Below are positions 12,285 to 25,040 of a DNA stretch of 64,000 nt, piece after piece. This DNA comes from Octopus sinensis. Lineage: Eukaryota. How positions within the stretch are numbered: position 1 is the stretch's first letter; each line of letters begins with the position of its first letter. The notes under the pieces were generated by a model. The model had not been told where the DNA came from. It searched no databases and saw nothing but the letters and a program-made list of their open reading frames with translations. The translations under genes were made by a program, and so were the position numbers. Where the stretch lies: assembly GCF_006345805.1 (NCBI RefSeq), contig NC_043015.1:8804001-8868000 (forward strand). Reading direction: 5' to 3'.

Positions 12285-12996
12285 AATTTATTTTTCTCGA
12301 CATCGAAAGGATGCGAGTCGAAGTCGAACTTGGCAGAAATTGAACTCAGAAGGTAAGGGCGGACGGAATACCGTTAAGTAACATACGCGGGATTACTAAT
12401 GATTTCGCTAACTCACCATGTTCATAAAGATAACAATAATAACTATGTCCACTCTAGCACAAAGCCGGAAAATTTTGTGCTGAGTGTGTAAGGCATAGTC
12501 GACTTCGGCAAACTTTGAACCGAGAAACTAAAGGCGGATCAAATGCCAATAAGCATTTTGCTTCGCGTGATAATAATTTTACAAGCTCACAGACCTAATA
12601 ATCATAATGATAATTTCTACTAAAGGAATTTGGTGGGGGAGGATATATTCGATTACATGGACCCCTTTCTTTCACTGGTACTTAATTTATCGATCCCGAA
12701 AGGATGAAAGGCAAAGTCGACTTCAGCGGAACATGAACTCAAAACATAAAACGGGCGAAATGCCTATTTCTTTACTACCTACAAGGGGCTAAACACAGAG
12801 AGGACAAACTAGGACAGACAAACGGATTAAGTCGATTACATCGACCCCATTGCGTAACTGATCCTTATTTAATCGACCCCGAAAGGATGAAAGGCAAAGT
12901 CGACCTCGGTGGAATTTGAACTCAGAACGTAGCGACAGACGAAATACTGCTAAGCATTTCGCCCGGAGCACTACCGTTTCTGCCAACTCGCCGCCT
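12285..12996 (-). mobile_element. Train of about four tRNA-derived OK-type SINE copies (one full-length at 12760-12996, three partial or decayed)
   Basis: Reverse complement of the family seen at 13707, with head GGCGGCGAGTTGGCAG and B-box GAGTTCAAATTCC. The body motif CGAAAGGATGAAAGGCAAAGTCGAC recurs. Confidence 0.85.
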
Positions 12997-13706
12997 GAAA
13001 TAATCATTATTATGTTCCTTTCCACTATAGGCACGAGGCCTGAAATTTGAAAGAGGTTAATAGTCGATCTGAACTCATTATGGAGCATGCACACTCACAA
13101 CTGTTAATATATTTCCTTACTCCATGCCCACATCATAAATTGCACATATATCAGAGTAATAGTAAAGAATTAACATTTTCGTCCTCGATTGCGTCTTTCG
13201 TTAATTTGTCATCATTCTTCGGTTTACACAATTCTAGATACGCACGTTTGTCTGTTAACAAGATTAACGAGCATGGTGAACTAAGTTTCGTACACGCCAA
13301 CACGTAATGTAATCTTATTGATGCATCCACATTTTAACCAGTCTACATTTTCATCAAATGTCTTTGGGGGCACGTGATGCAGACATAAGAATCAGAATTG
13401 ATTCCACCAAACTACTTTTTTCCGAAAACTTAACCAAGCAGGTGTCAAAAATTCCCACATTTTATTCCAATCATGTCATGTTAGTTAAGAGGCAATTGTG
13501 ATATTGTATACACGTGATAACATTGGCAACCGCTCGTGTCGCACATTACTAGCTCCTAAGTGTGTCAGTCCGGCCTTTTAGATTCCATAAGTGATGCGAT
13601 TGCATAGTTTTCAAGATGTTAGCATGCTGGTTTATAAGTTCTTTGTATCTCCATTTTTAAATCAGTTACTGATCATAAACGACCTTTGTCTATCGGTATT
13701 AGATTA

Positions 13707-13942
13707 GGCGGCGAGCTGGCAGAAACGTTAGCACGCCGGGCTAAATGATTTGCGGTATTTTGTCTGCGTTACGTTGTCAGTTCAAATTCGGCCGAGGTCG
13801 ACTTTGCCTTTCATCCTTTCGGGGTCGATAAATTAAGTACCAGTTACGCACTGCGGTCGATGTAATCGACTTAATACCTATGTCTGTCCTTGTTTGTCCC
13901 CTCTGTGTTTAGCCCCTTGTCGGTAATAAAGAAATAGGTATT
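13707..13942 (+). mobile_element. Full-length tRNA-derived OK-type SINE with candidate target-site duplication
   Basis: A-box-like GGCGAGCTGG and B-box AGTTCAAATTC. GGTATTAGATTA occurs at 13695-13706 and 13937-13948, partly overlapping the SINE tail. Confidence 0.9.
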
Positions 13943-14444
13943 AGATTACGAAATCCTGTCAATTATATACTACTCGCACAATTCAGAAAATCCTTCTATC
14001 AGTTGTTGTAGTCTGTCCCAGTTACTGCAAGTTAACGTAAATGGTATTCCAGTCACTGCATGTTTTCCTCTCTTTTTTCTTGGCCTTCTATACTTCGGCT
14101 GCGGCTGCTTAAAACATCAAACTTCAGTACTAAATATTTCTCTGAACCCATAAACAATATTCTTTTTATTTTCAGATCTGCTATTACTTACAGATCCTTC
14201 ACAAGCGAAGAGGGAGGGAAAGAGAGAGAGAGAAAGCGAGAGAGAGAGAGAGAGAAAGAAAGAAAAAAAATGGAAATATTCACAAGACTTTTCATTTTTG
14301 TTGTTTGTGATCATGATTAATATCCAACTTTGTGTTACACTTAGTTGAAAAAGTCGAAAAGACTTACAAAATGTAACCGTTACAAAATGCATTTCATGAT
14401 GAAATTATTTGAGCATTTTCAAACTTTCCAATTTACATTTTATA

Positions 14445-14536
<92 letters not shown>

Positions 14537-14538
<2 letters not shown>

Positions 14539-14652
14539 AGAGTTTACGAAGAATACAAAAGACGAAGACAGGTGGTGTACAAAACGAACAGATGTATTAA
14601 TATAACGCTCAGGATAGAAAAAAGTTCGAGTTACTCTCTTCTACAGAAAGGG
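14537..14652 (-). repeat. Second, more decayed copy of the 9820-9960 repeat family, between (TA)n tracts
   Basis: The reverse complement reads TTTCTGTAGAAGAGAGTAACTCGAAC...CCTGAGCGTTATATTAATACATCTGTTCGTTT...CCACCTGTCTTCGTCTTTTG, matching 9822-9945. Confidence 0.8.
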
Positions 14653-14711
14653 GCACAGGAAAAACAAGGAGAGAAAAACATGTGTGTAGTGGTTAACGAT
14701 CTTCATGGAGA

Positions 14712-14802
<91 letters not shown>

Positions 14803-15029
14803 CTTTCGGTTGTTCATTAAATAACTTTTTCTAAATATATATTAATATTTACATATGAATATTTATATAGCGAGATGCAAATTACGCACAAACAACAATC
14901 ACACATATAAGTACGGATATAAGTACTAATGTGTGTCTATGTGTTTTAGATGTTTATATGTATGCATATTTATATTTGTTTGATGATATGCATTTGATAT
15001 ATTATCTTTATTTTCTTTTTGTCCCTTTT

Positions 15030-15152
15030 AGTATCAATTCTTTCACGCTGTTGTACTAAAAACACATTTCCAAACTTATTTCATCATACTCACAGGAAAT
15101 TAGACTAGATTACTCCGACGAAGGAGCAAATTGTGAAAATAGAGCACCATAC
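15030..15152. repeat. ~123-bp direct repeat, copy 1 (copy 2 at 16630-16752); possible Penelope pLTR remnant
   Basis: The two copies are nearly identical: AGTATC.ATTCTTTCACGCTGTTGTACTAAAA...CTCCGACGAAGGAGCAAATTGTGAAAA.TAGAGCACCATAC. Confidence 0.85.
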
Positions 15153-15419
15153 CGCACGATTTGTTTTCTACATACTTACAGACATAGTCGAAGCAGCAGG
15201 TAGAAATTTAATAGCCGTCTCTATTGCAAGAAAATAATATCGACATAAGAAATACTTGCAAATCCTTATCAACATAAAATAGTACTCAATGAATTTGATC
15301 ATAGACCTGTGTTTTGGGGTTGAAGCTATCTATAATCAACAAAGTAAACGTAAAGAATTTGTGTGTGTGCTAGGTTTTGAGAACGCAAAATATTTCACTA
15401 TATTAATAAAAGAATAAAA

Positions 15420-15650
15420 GGCGGCGAGCTGGCAGAACCGTTAGCCCGCCGGACGAAATGTGTAGCCGTATTCCGTCTGCTGTTACGTTCTGAGTTCAAA
15501 TTACGCTGAGGTTGACTTTACCTTTCATCATTTTCGGGGTCGATAAATTAAGTACCAGTTGCACACGGGAGTCGATGTAATTGACTTGATCCCTTTGTCA
15601 CTCCTTGTTTGTCCCCTCTATGTTTAGCCCCTTGTGGGCAATAAAGAAAT
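15420..15650 (+). mobile_element. OK-type SINE with 14-bp target-site duplication
   Basis: Same family as 13707. TAATAAAAGAATAA occurs at 15404-15417 and 15657-15670. Confidence 0.9.
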
Positions 15651-16759
15651 ATATACTAATAAAAGAATAATACGACTTTTACAGCAATAGTATTTTACTT
15701 ATCTTTATAACAAATGTGTATTACGCAGTTGGAGAAATAATGGTGAGACAGTAATATTTATAGCTAATAAGCGAAAGAAAGAAAAAAACAGGATTATACT
15801 TTTGTAGTCAAATGATATGAGCAGTTATCAAGGTGATACTAATCAACGATAGAAATGTTTTGTCATTAACGCAATTCTATTTTTCTAATTAGCTTATTGA
15901 CGTTAATAGCATTTGACAGGTTAGCACGAATATAAATACCATTTGATTTCCAAGATTAATATTTTTTTGAATAAGTTGTGCAAAAATTCCCATTCTCTAA
16001 TCATTCACTGCCACATGTAAACTATACTAAGCATTATATTTCCTAATATGCCTTGTGTTCCATGCGATTGCCGCGAGCTATATGTCGGTATTAGATATCA
16101 CAAGCCATTTATTTCAAAGATGAGAACAAATATGCAATTGCATGTTGAAGAATATACGTTAGGCAATGAATATCGTAGCATCAAAACATAGAGATTAAAA
16201 ATGTAAGCATCAAATGGAAAACATTACAAGACCTCAAACAAAACAAAAGCTTCATTCGCGAGAATATTATTCAGGCGATTAACAAATGCTTATGTATATG
16301 TATATGAATACATACCTATGCATAAATAGAAAAACACATGGACGCAGAAACACATACACACAAACAAAGTATACATGTATATAAGAATTAAAATCCAAGC
16401 GCGCATCTATACTTCTTTCCAAATTCTTTTTACACAGAACGTATAAATATTTCTCTATTTGTAACTCTGTATAAATACGACGAATCAAAATTATAATTAT
16501 ACTGTATAACAATGAATAAAAAACGGAAATGAAATATTGTCTGTAGATCAGGAATATAACATCCGTTTTCCTCTGTGAGCCCCCAGTTTCTCGTGGAAGT
16601 ATTAGCTTTATTTTATTTTTGTCCGTTTCAGTATCGATTCTTTCACGCTGTTGTACTAAAACACATTTCCAAAATTATTTCATCATGCTCACAGGAAATT
16701 AGACTTGATTACTCCGACGAAGGAGCAAATTGTGAAAAGTAGAGCACCATACACTGACG

Positions 16760-18750
16760 GTTTCGTAAGAGTTTAATTCAAAGAGGATTGGGCCGAAACT
16801 GACAACTCTAAAAGTGACCAACGTATTTTGATATAATTTAATGCGATATTTGTAAAGTATTTGCCAAACTTACCCTTACTCTACTCTTTTACTTTTTTAC
16901 TTGTTTCATTCATTTGACTGTGGCCATGCCGGTGTTCTGATGATCTATAGCAATTTTTAACTTAGGAACGCAAGTGGATTTATTGTAATTATATCAGAGA
17001 GCTATTTAATGCCTTTCAGCTGATCAATGACCCAAATGAGTGTAGATTATTCATATATGTATCCCTTTACAGCATAAAAGCGGTTCCGTTGCACTTTAGA
17101 AATACCTTGCTTTCAGTTCCATTCATTTCAAGAGAGATATATGAGAACCTCGCTTTTATTCTAGACTGCATACATTACACGAAGCGTGGGGTGCTAATTT
17201 GTGCGTACTTTGCACGTTGGACAGTAGGAGCCGTTCAGAATATTATGTAAGTTTAGAATGGCCATCTCGGGAAACTATTCCGTAATGCGCTGTTGTAATA
17301 AAGTGCAGCATATTGAAATGCTGTATCATCTGAAGAAATTGACGATATTCGTCTTCCTGTATTACTAAGTTCCTAAGAATAACTGGCAGATGATTGGATT
17401 ATTTGCTACTATAAGATAGTTTATCATTAGATTTACGGTAAGAATTGATTTTAGTTGACTGTAAATCTAAATTTACATCTAAGAAATCTACACTTTTAAG
17501 GTTAGTAGCTATCTTTATCCGTACGCCCATCCTTTGGAAGAAAGCAATTAGATTCTTCCTAAGCTTATCTAATTCATGACCGTTTAAAATATGGGTGACT
17601 ATAAGGCCGTTATCCCATATTAAATACTGCGTCTTTCAACGGGAATTCTAGCTTTAGATTAAGTATATAAGTTCCTATGTGCACACATAACTCGGCCCCG
17701 TCGTATGTCCCCATCGGTACATCAAAAAGACAATCATCACACTTTTTGACCGAGATAGAGCCATCGTAAAAAAGACTTGATTTCCTCGCATGTATGATAA
17801 TATCTATTTCCGAGTTATTGATGTTGACATACTGCTAGGCGAAGTCTAATTAGTTTAGGAGGATATTGACGGTTAAAATTCAATAATATCAAACTGCGTA
17901 AATTTGTAGTTATGCTATTGGCTAATCCATTCAAACCAATCTATTACTGACTTCCTATTTTTCCAAATCCGTAAATTCACTATCTAACTTAGTTAAAATA
18001 CGATCTAAAATATATTTGCCAATTGTACATATTTCAGTTTTAGCCGGATTGATAAATCTACATTTAGGGTTTCTAATAAAATTAGCATTATGGTTTTTAG
18101 GGTAATAAAAGGAGGTGTGCGGTAAGATATCTCACTGTTGGATTTCTAATTTGCAATGCATGGTTATTTTGCATCGCAAAGATATTGTATATATTTTGAC
18201 CTATTTCTGAAGAAAACTAGTATATGTATATATTATTATCATGTTTAGAATTATATTTTATTTTTATATCATTTTATTGTATTTTACAAAGACATTTAAT
18301 CGTTATATTAGTCAACAATATCAAAGTGCGTAAATTTGTAGTTATGCTATTGCCTAATCCATTTAAACCAATCTATTATTGACTTGCCGTTTTTTCCAAA
18401 TCCGTAAATTTAATTCACTATCTAACTTAGTTAAGATTCGATCTAAAATATATCTGCTAATAGTACATATTTCAGTTTTAGCCGGAATGATCAATCTACA
18501 TTTCCGGCTTTTATTACAATTAGCTTTATGATTTTTTAGGGTAATAAAAGTGGACGTTGGGGAAGATATCTCACTGTTGGATTTTTATTTTGTAATGCAT
18601 GCTTATTTCGTATCGCAAAGATATTGTATATATTTCGACGTATTTCTTAATAAAAACTTCGACTCTAGTATGTATATATTATTCTCATGTTAAAGATTTT
18701 ACTTTATTTTTATACCATTTTATTGAATTTTACAAAGCCATTTAATCGTT
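16760..18750 (-). mobile_element. Decayed Penelope-like element (RT region)
   Basis: The minus strand translates to FDVPMGTYDGAELC, IWDNGL (decayed YRDDGL) and ELDKLRKNLIAFFQRMGVRIKIATNLKSVDFLDVNLDL...SNHLPVIL, all typical of Penelope RT. Many stops are present. Confidence 0.8.
17886..18750. repeat. Tandem duplication of a ~431-bp segment
   Basis: AATATCAAA.TGCGTAAATTTGTAGTTATGCTATTG starts at 17886 and at 18317, and similarity continues for about 430 bp. Confidence 0.9.
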
Positions 18751-18982
18751 ATATTTATAGATAATTCGATACATGGTGTTCCATTTTGCATGTCTTTTAT
18801 CCGATTTTTATTATAATATACTCAGCAATTAAAAAAAAAGATTTTTGCATATATATGTTATGACCTAGATATGTTTTTATGCGGATGTCTGTATTGTAGG
18901 CATACATATGTATTTGTATATGTTTGTCTGTGTAAGCGTGTAAGTAAGCGTGTATATTTATACTTGTACTCATACATGCATG

Positions 18983-19042
<60 letters not shown>

Positions 19043-19554
19043 TGTATTCACTTATATTTGTGTGGATTTGTAGTTACGTGCAAAATGGAACGCAATATGT
19101 CGAATTATCTATAGGTATAACGACTTCCCTATATTTATATACGAGATCTTATACGTTAATATATACTTATGTATATATATATATATATATATGAAATTTT
19201 ATTTTATGCGTACACTTGTTACACATATTCCGTCACCGATCTCTCATTTTTTCCTTTCTCTCTCTATTCGTTACTTTGATAGCGACCTTAAACAATGCTT
19301 CCCTCTTCTCCCCCCCCCCTTACTTCCCTCTTTCTTTCGCTAGCTGTTACATTTAGTGTTTTGGTTTCCTTTTCTTCCGCCTTCCTACATTTAAGGTATA
19401 CTTGCTATCTCTATTGTCTGGTATAAATGTCTTGTATATGTATACAGCAAGATATTTTTATGCGTGTGCATGGTTTTGTGCATATATGGATATGTGCACA
19501 TATCCATATATGTATATGTGTATGTCTGTATATAATATATACATATATACACAT

Positions 19555-20734
19555 ATAATGGAAACACCCAGCATCATAACATCTTAAATTTGAAATATCT
19601 ATACACCGTCAAAAACTTGTTTATTTTTATGTTTTTTGATTTATTATTAGTGCTGCTTGATATCCTTTGCTAAAATTGCTGTGTCTTTTCAGATATTATC
19701 AGAAAAAGTAATTAAAATTCATGAAAATAACAGATCCAACGGTCTTTCAAAGAGTTGATATTGCTGGTGCTTGTATGGCAGGCGTAGCGTAACGAAAATA
19801 GCCGAAATGTTTGGTGTATCTCGAAAGTACTGACAGTCTTTAGGAAAGAAGGAAAACCCTCCCGCTCGAAACAAAACTGTGGAGGAAATAAAAAACTTGC
19901 AGATAGGGAAGGTCGGAATCTTACGCAAATTGATGGAAAGGATCAAAGACGCACAGCTCTCAATATTACTGCGAGCTTACTGACCACCTCGAGAACCCAG
20001 TTTCTACAAGAACTGTTCGCCGGGAGCTGCACAAAGCCGGATTTCACAGGAGAGCTGCAATCAGAAAACCACTACTTTCAAAAGCAAATGTTGCAACGCG
20101 TTGAGATGCGGAATTGCTCCCTAGAGCAGCGGAAGTATGTTATAATCTCGGACGATTCATCCTGTACCTTATTTCCGACCACAAGACGAGTATACATATG
20201 AAGACAGCCAAAAGAGGCAATTGATCCAGAATGCTTTCTTTCAACTCTTAAACATGGAGAAGGATTTGTGTTGATTTTGGAAGTGGGGGTCAATCTCGGA
20301 AATCCGGCGCAATGGTTTCCCTTCATGGCAGAATTAATAGTGAAGACTAAGCATTATATGATCAAATTACTCCTGTGGTTTCAGAATTGTTACGGGAGGG
20401 AGGCGCAATCTTTCAGTATGGTTGTGCACCAACTCACACTGCTAAAGTTGTTACTGAATGGCACGATGAATATTCTAGTGAAGTCGAACATCTTATCTGG
20501 CCACGACAGTCCCCAGATCTCAATATTGTTGAACATTTACGGAGCATTTTAGGAAAACTGGCAAGGAGTCGATACCCTCCACCGTCATCACTACCAGAAA
20601 TGGAAACTGTTTTAGCGTAAGAATGGATAACAATTGATTTGGAAACAATTAATATGTTGTACGAGTTCATACAGACAAAGGCGGTCCTACCTCATATGAA
20701 AATAAATTTTAAGATGTTTCTATTATTTTGTCCA
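19555..20734 (+). mobile_element. Decayed Tc1-family DNA transposon (DD34E transposase pseudogene) with TIR remnants
   Basis: Fragments TVRRELHKAGFHRRAAIRKPLLSK, ISDDSS, FQYGCAPTHTAK and WPRQSPDLNIVEHL. ATAATGGAAACACC (19555) matches the reverse complement of GATGTTTCTATTAT (20713). Confidence 0.88.
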
Positions 20735-20767
20735 TACATAGATAAATATATGCATACATACATACAG

Positions 20768-20882
<115 letters not shown>

Positions 20883-20984
20883 TAATATATATATATATAT
20901 AATATATATATATATATGTGCATACATATATATATATATGTACGTATGTATATTCATTTATTTATAAGACTAGTACGTATGTTA

Positions 20985-21265
20985 TCGATATCTTTAGCTG
21001 AGCATCTAAGTTACGGGGACGTAAACACAATAACGCCCTTCGGCAAATGGTGGTGGGGACAAACGCAGACACAAAGATGACCGCACGCATAGATATATAC
21101 ATGTTTACATATACGCCAGGCTCCTTTCAGTTTCCGTCTATCAAATAATTTACTAGGATTTGGTTGGCCCTATGCTATAGAAGATTCACTAGCTAAACGA
21201 GTGACGCAGTTGGACTGAGCCTTGAATTATGTGTTTGTGAAGCAGATTTCTTACCACATTACCGC
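20985..21265 (-). mobile_element. Decayed copy of the second SINE family (as at 31445-31860)
   Basis: Shares GGGGACGTAAACAC and CTTTCAGTTTCCGTCTA.CAAAT blocks with 31580-31760. Confidence 0.7.
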
Positions 21266-22766
21266 TTCCATTTTAATAAAATAATAAACTGGGGACACTG
21301 CACCACTTTAAATTAGTATTATAGAACTGTCTTTGTATTCTGTATGTACTACTTCTTTAGAGAATGCACAGGTCGCTGAGCAAGTACGCTGTGAATGCTC
21401 AGAATTTTGAATAGGCATCTTCACTAGAAAACATATGGCCTAGCCTGCAGCCTGTTTTACTATGCCAATTCGCATTTAGTGAATACGCTGGAATACTAAC
21501 AGGATTTCGCTTCAGACGAAAATCGGATTAATTCGAAACAGCTTTGTTCCGGTAATTTTTTTTACTAATAATGCCTCTCTTTTAGCTGAAGGTAATCTAG
21601 AGGTATAGGTTATCGTCATTATTATCTCATTGCAATAGTTTGTCGGTCGAAAATACAGAGATAGGAGATATTCTAGAAAGAATCTTTGAGTGGATATTTC
21701 AAGTGATAGCAATAATCACATGAAGTGCAACAATATACAGTGAAATACACTTTGTGAAAGAAGTCATAATCATTATGTAAATTACATAAACATTATGCTA
21801 GTAACGTAAGATCGATAGCATGCAGATACTATTTGAAAATATAGTTTCGAAAGCATGTAAAATTTACAATTTCACAAAACTTTTACGAATTCCTAGACGT
21901 CCAGAGCTATTGAATAGAGTATGAGTATTTGCCGTGGAAAACTTCACACAAATTTCAGCTTAAGTCACTGATGGCTCCTCTAAATATAAAATTTAGTGTG
22001 TTAGTGATAATAATCTCTCTTCCGATATGTAAATCTAATTACATTGTGTAAAGCAGAATTACTCTCGGATTAGAATAACAAATTATCTACATTTCTCCAG
22101 AAATTTATCACAGGGGTTATGTTTGTATTGACTATGCTGAGTCAATTTTTTACTTTTTTCTGTCTTTCTTAATTTCCTTCCTTAAAGACTTTCTTATCCC
22201 TTCAAATTGTCCGTGCTTAATCATCTATCTCGCTTTCGCTTCTAACTACAGGAATATATTTGAAATATGATGTGCACTTTATAAGCGTATTACAAATACT
22301 ACGTAAATAAAGTGAGGAATATAAGAATAAATCATATACAACGGGGTTCATAGCTAGATTTACCACAGAATATCCTTTGACATCTAGGAATTTACGGTCA
22401 CACTTTGGTTACTATACTGTTCTGTTTCAAGAAATGTAAACATACATTTTGACAGCTATTCATCACCAGAAATTATGATACATGATTTCATAGTTTATCA
22501 TTTTTGCTTCCTACTTTTATATCTTGCTGCTTCTTTAAGTATACATCAAATAGTTATCTGCCTTCTAAACATTTACATACGCATTAATATAATTATGATG
22601 ACGATGATGATGATGATGATAATAGTAATAATAATAATGGTAATAATAATAATAATGATAATAATAATGATAATAATACATTTCTATATTTAAGAGATGA
22701 AGAATTATGTACGTTATTTACTTTATTTACAATTAACGGATATTTGTCCTCCTTTTGTTCGTTGTT

Positions 22767-22811
22767 AACACAACGTTTTGGCTGACACACCCCCAGACTT
22801 CATCAGGTGTC
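22767..22811 (-). ncRNA. Minimal type I hammerhead ribozyme (G12-to-A, probably inactive copy) inside a ~180-bp element flanked by (AAT)n
   Basis: The minus strand reads GACAC-CTGATGA-A-GTCTG(GGGGTGTGT)CAGCC-AAAA-CGT-T-GTGTT: 5-bp stem I, stem II with one mismatch, palindromic ACGT stem III and a GUU site. Confidence 0.6.
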
Positions 22812-22864
22812 TTGGTGAAATTTCGAACCTGTGTTCTCATTCCTAAAATATTTTTCGGTGATGA

Positions 22865-22930
<66 letters not shown>

Positions 22931-22933
22931 CAT

Positions 22934-23012
22934 TCAGGTCACCGCTTCGAATCGAATTCGGAATCTTGGGGTTAGTAGCCCGCGCTCTTAACCTCTACGC
23001 CATATACCCGTG
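22934..23012 (-). mobile_element. ~80-bp tRNA-derived mini-SINE or tRNA pseudogene with (AAT)n tail
   Basis: The minus strand reads TGGCGTAGAGGTTAAGAGCGCGGGCTACTAACCCCAAGATTCCGAATTCGATTC (A box, anticodon-like arm, B box), then GTGACCTGA-(AAT)n. Confidence 0.75.
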
Positions 23013-23014
23013 AA

Positions 23015-23086
23015 CATATGATGTAGTGGTTAAGAGTGCGGGCTACTAACTTCAAGATTCCGAGTTTGATTCCAGCAGTGACATGA
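23015..23086 (+). mobile_element. Second copy of the same tRNA-derived mini-SINE, head-to-head with the first
   Basis: TGATGTAGTGGTTAAGAGTGCGGGCTACTAACTTCAAGATTCCGAGTTTGATTCC...GTGACATGA-(AAT)n. Confidence 0.75.
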
Positions 23087-23098
23087 ATAATAATGATG

Positions 23099-23152
<54 letters not shown>

Positions 23153-23214
23153 TAATAATAATGATAATGATAATGGTGGAATGATGAAGGCAATTCAACC
23201 ACAGACCAGTTATA

Positions 23215-24560
23215 AATACATGAGAATACTTGAGGCAAATGGAATCAAACACCACGGCATGAAGAAAAAGACAAAATGAGTATACCTGGCGCGAGTGTAC
23301 CTGGGGCTTGAAAGCTGAATGCCAGAATCATAATTTCGGCAATAAACCCTCGCGCAGTCGCAGTAGTTTAGTATAACAGTGGAATCCTGAAGTGGTCAGA
23401 GGAGGAGCTAAAGAAGATGGACAGGGTTTTAAGAACGCTCCTAACGATGCATGGAGCGCATCATCCACGTGCAGACACTGATTGCGTATATATGAAAAGA
23501 GGAAATGGGCAAAGAGGACTGATAAGTGTGAAAGACTTTGTGCGTTTGGAACTCTTGGGATTAATAAGATACCTAGCCTAAAGAAAGGAAACCTTGCTAG
23601 TGAGGATTGAAAGCAGCGAAAGAAGGGAAAACAAAGGAAGAAGTACTAAAAAGACTTGGAGATGGATTTTTTAAGGACGTACTAAGCATACGATTCCATG
23701 TAGCCTCAACAAAAGTTGCTAGAGAACGTAGTTGGGGTTGGCTAAGTAAAGGAACCATGAAAAAGTCGACTGAGAGTACTATACGCGCAGCGTAAGGCCA
23801 ATCGTTGACAACGAACTGGAAGGTCAAACTTAGCAATGAGCAAGGGGCTCCGCTGTGTATAGGAAGTATACCTTAAAATGAAGCAGATTCCCAAACTAGA
23901 TTATGCAAATCAAAAGAGGAGAGCGTTACGCATATAGTGATTGGATGTAGCATGCTTCACAGAAAGAATACAAGAAAAGACATGATAGTCTAGGGAGAGT
24001 AATCTACTGGAGTTTTGGAGAAAGCTAGGATTTAAACATACTTATAAACTGTATGAACATGATTCTACTAAAGTAATAGAAAGTAAGAAATATAAGATGC
24101 TGTCGGACTGCAACATTCAGACTGACAGAGTAATAGAAGCTAGAAGGTCCCATTAAGTAGTGGTAGATAAAGAGAATAATAAGTACAAGATAACTGACTT
24201 TACAATCCTGAATAATGAGAAGTATAGAAAAAATAGCTAAGTAAAAGGAAATCGCTATTGAATTACAGAGACTGTGGAAAGTGTGGGTAAAATGTATCCC
24301 TGTTGTTATAAGTGCACTGGGAAGACTCCCTAAAATCTGAACGGATGGATAGAGGAAATGGATATAAAACACAGTTTAATACAGCTCCAGAAACCAGTCT
24401 AATTCGGTACAGCTAGGCTTCTTAGGAGGGGTTTTTACATCTGAGTTTACTTGGTGGAGACAAGCGGGTTCTTGGCAATTAAGTTTACTTGTTGCACCCC
24501 GATGTTATGATTTTATTTTATTTTCCAACAGGCTAATTTGTACAGCGTATATCAAAATAA
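23215..24560 (+). mobile_element. 5'-truncated, decayed R4/Dong-like RLE retrotransposon (RT thumb, zinc knuckle, endonuclease)
   Basis: Translations ILKWSEEELKKMDR, MHGAHHPRADTD, WLSKGTMKKSTESTIRAA and NIQTDRVIEARR, with a terminal TARLLRR-like motif and stop at 24442-24444. Begins just downstream of (AAT)n. Confidence 0.82.
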
Positions 24561-24654
24561 CAATATTATAAAATAATGACAGGAACACTAAAAAAAGAAA
24601 CGAAGGGCACGTAAGGAACACTAAACAGTAACCAAGAGCTCTATAGACGCATCA

Positions 24655-25040
24655 CAAGACTAAGCTTTGGCCACGAACTGGAGGGTCAGCCTTAGCAATT
24701 AGCAAGTGTCTCTGCTGTGCTGTATCTGCATTAGTTTGGGTAAAAACTTTGTTCATGTCACGAACGAATGTCCTAGATTTCCCAAAACCAATACAAGTTA
24801 TGGCGATACAATCAGGTAGCGAAAGAACTATATAAGAAACTGTGCGAAAAGTGGGGGCTAGAAAGAGGCAAGACGTGGTAGGAGCATAAGCCACAGAGTG
24901 GTGGAGTCGGAGACTAGCAAATTCCTCTGGGATTGCCCAATCTGAACACATCAGGTGCAAAAGCATAACAAACCGGACCTAATAGTGGTGGGTAAGATGC
25001 ACCACAAATGCTATATAGTTGATGCTGCATGATCCTTTGC
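24655..25040 (+). mobile_element. Second decayed R4/Dong-like fragment (knuckle to RLE)
   Basis: The plus strand reads HNKPDLIVVGKMHHKCYIVDAA, resembling the RLE PD..D motif. Confidence 0.65.

Noticed and set aside
15110-15145. CCGACGAAGGAGC...GTGAAAA as a hammerhead in the 123-bp direct repeat
   Set aside because: Position 4 is C, and stems II and III cannot be formed convincingly.
22934-23086. Functional tRNA genes
   Set aside because: The acceptor stems do not pair, the anticodon would be ACT with a short variable arm, and both copies have (AAT)n tails. They are treated as SINE or pseudogene copies.
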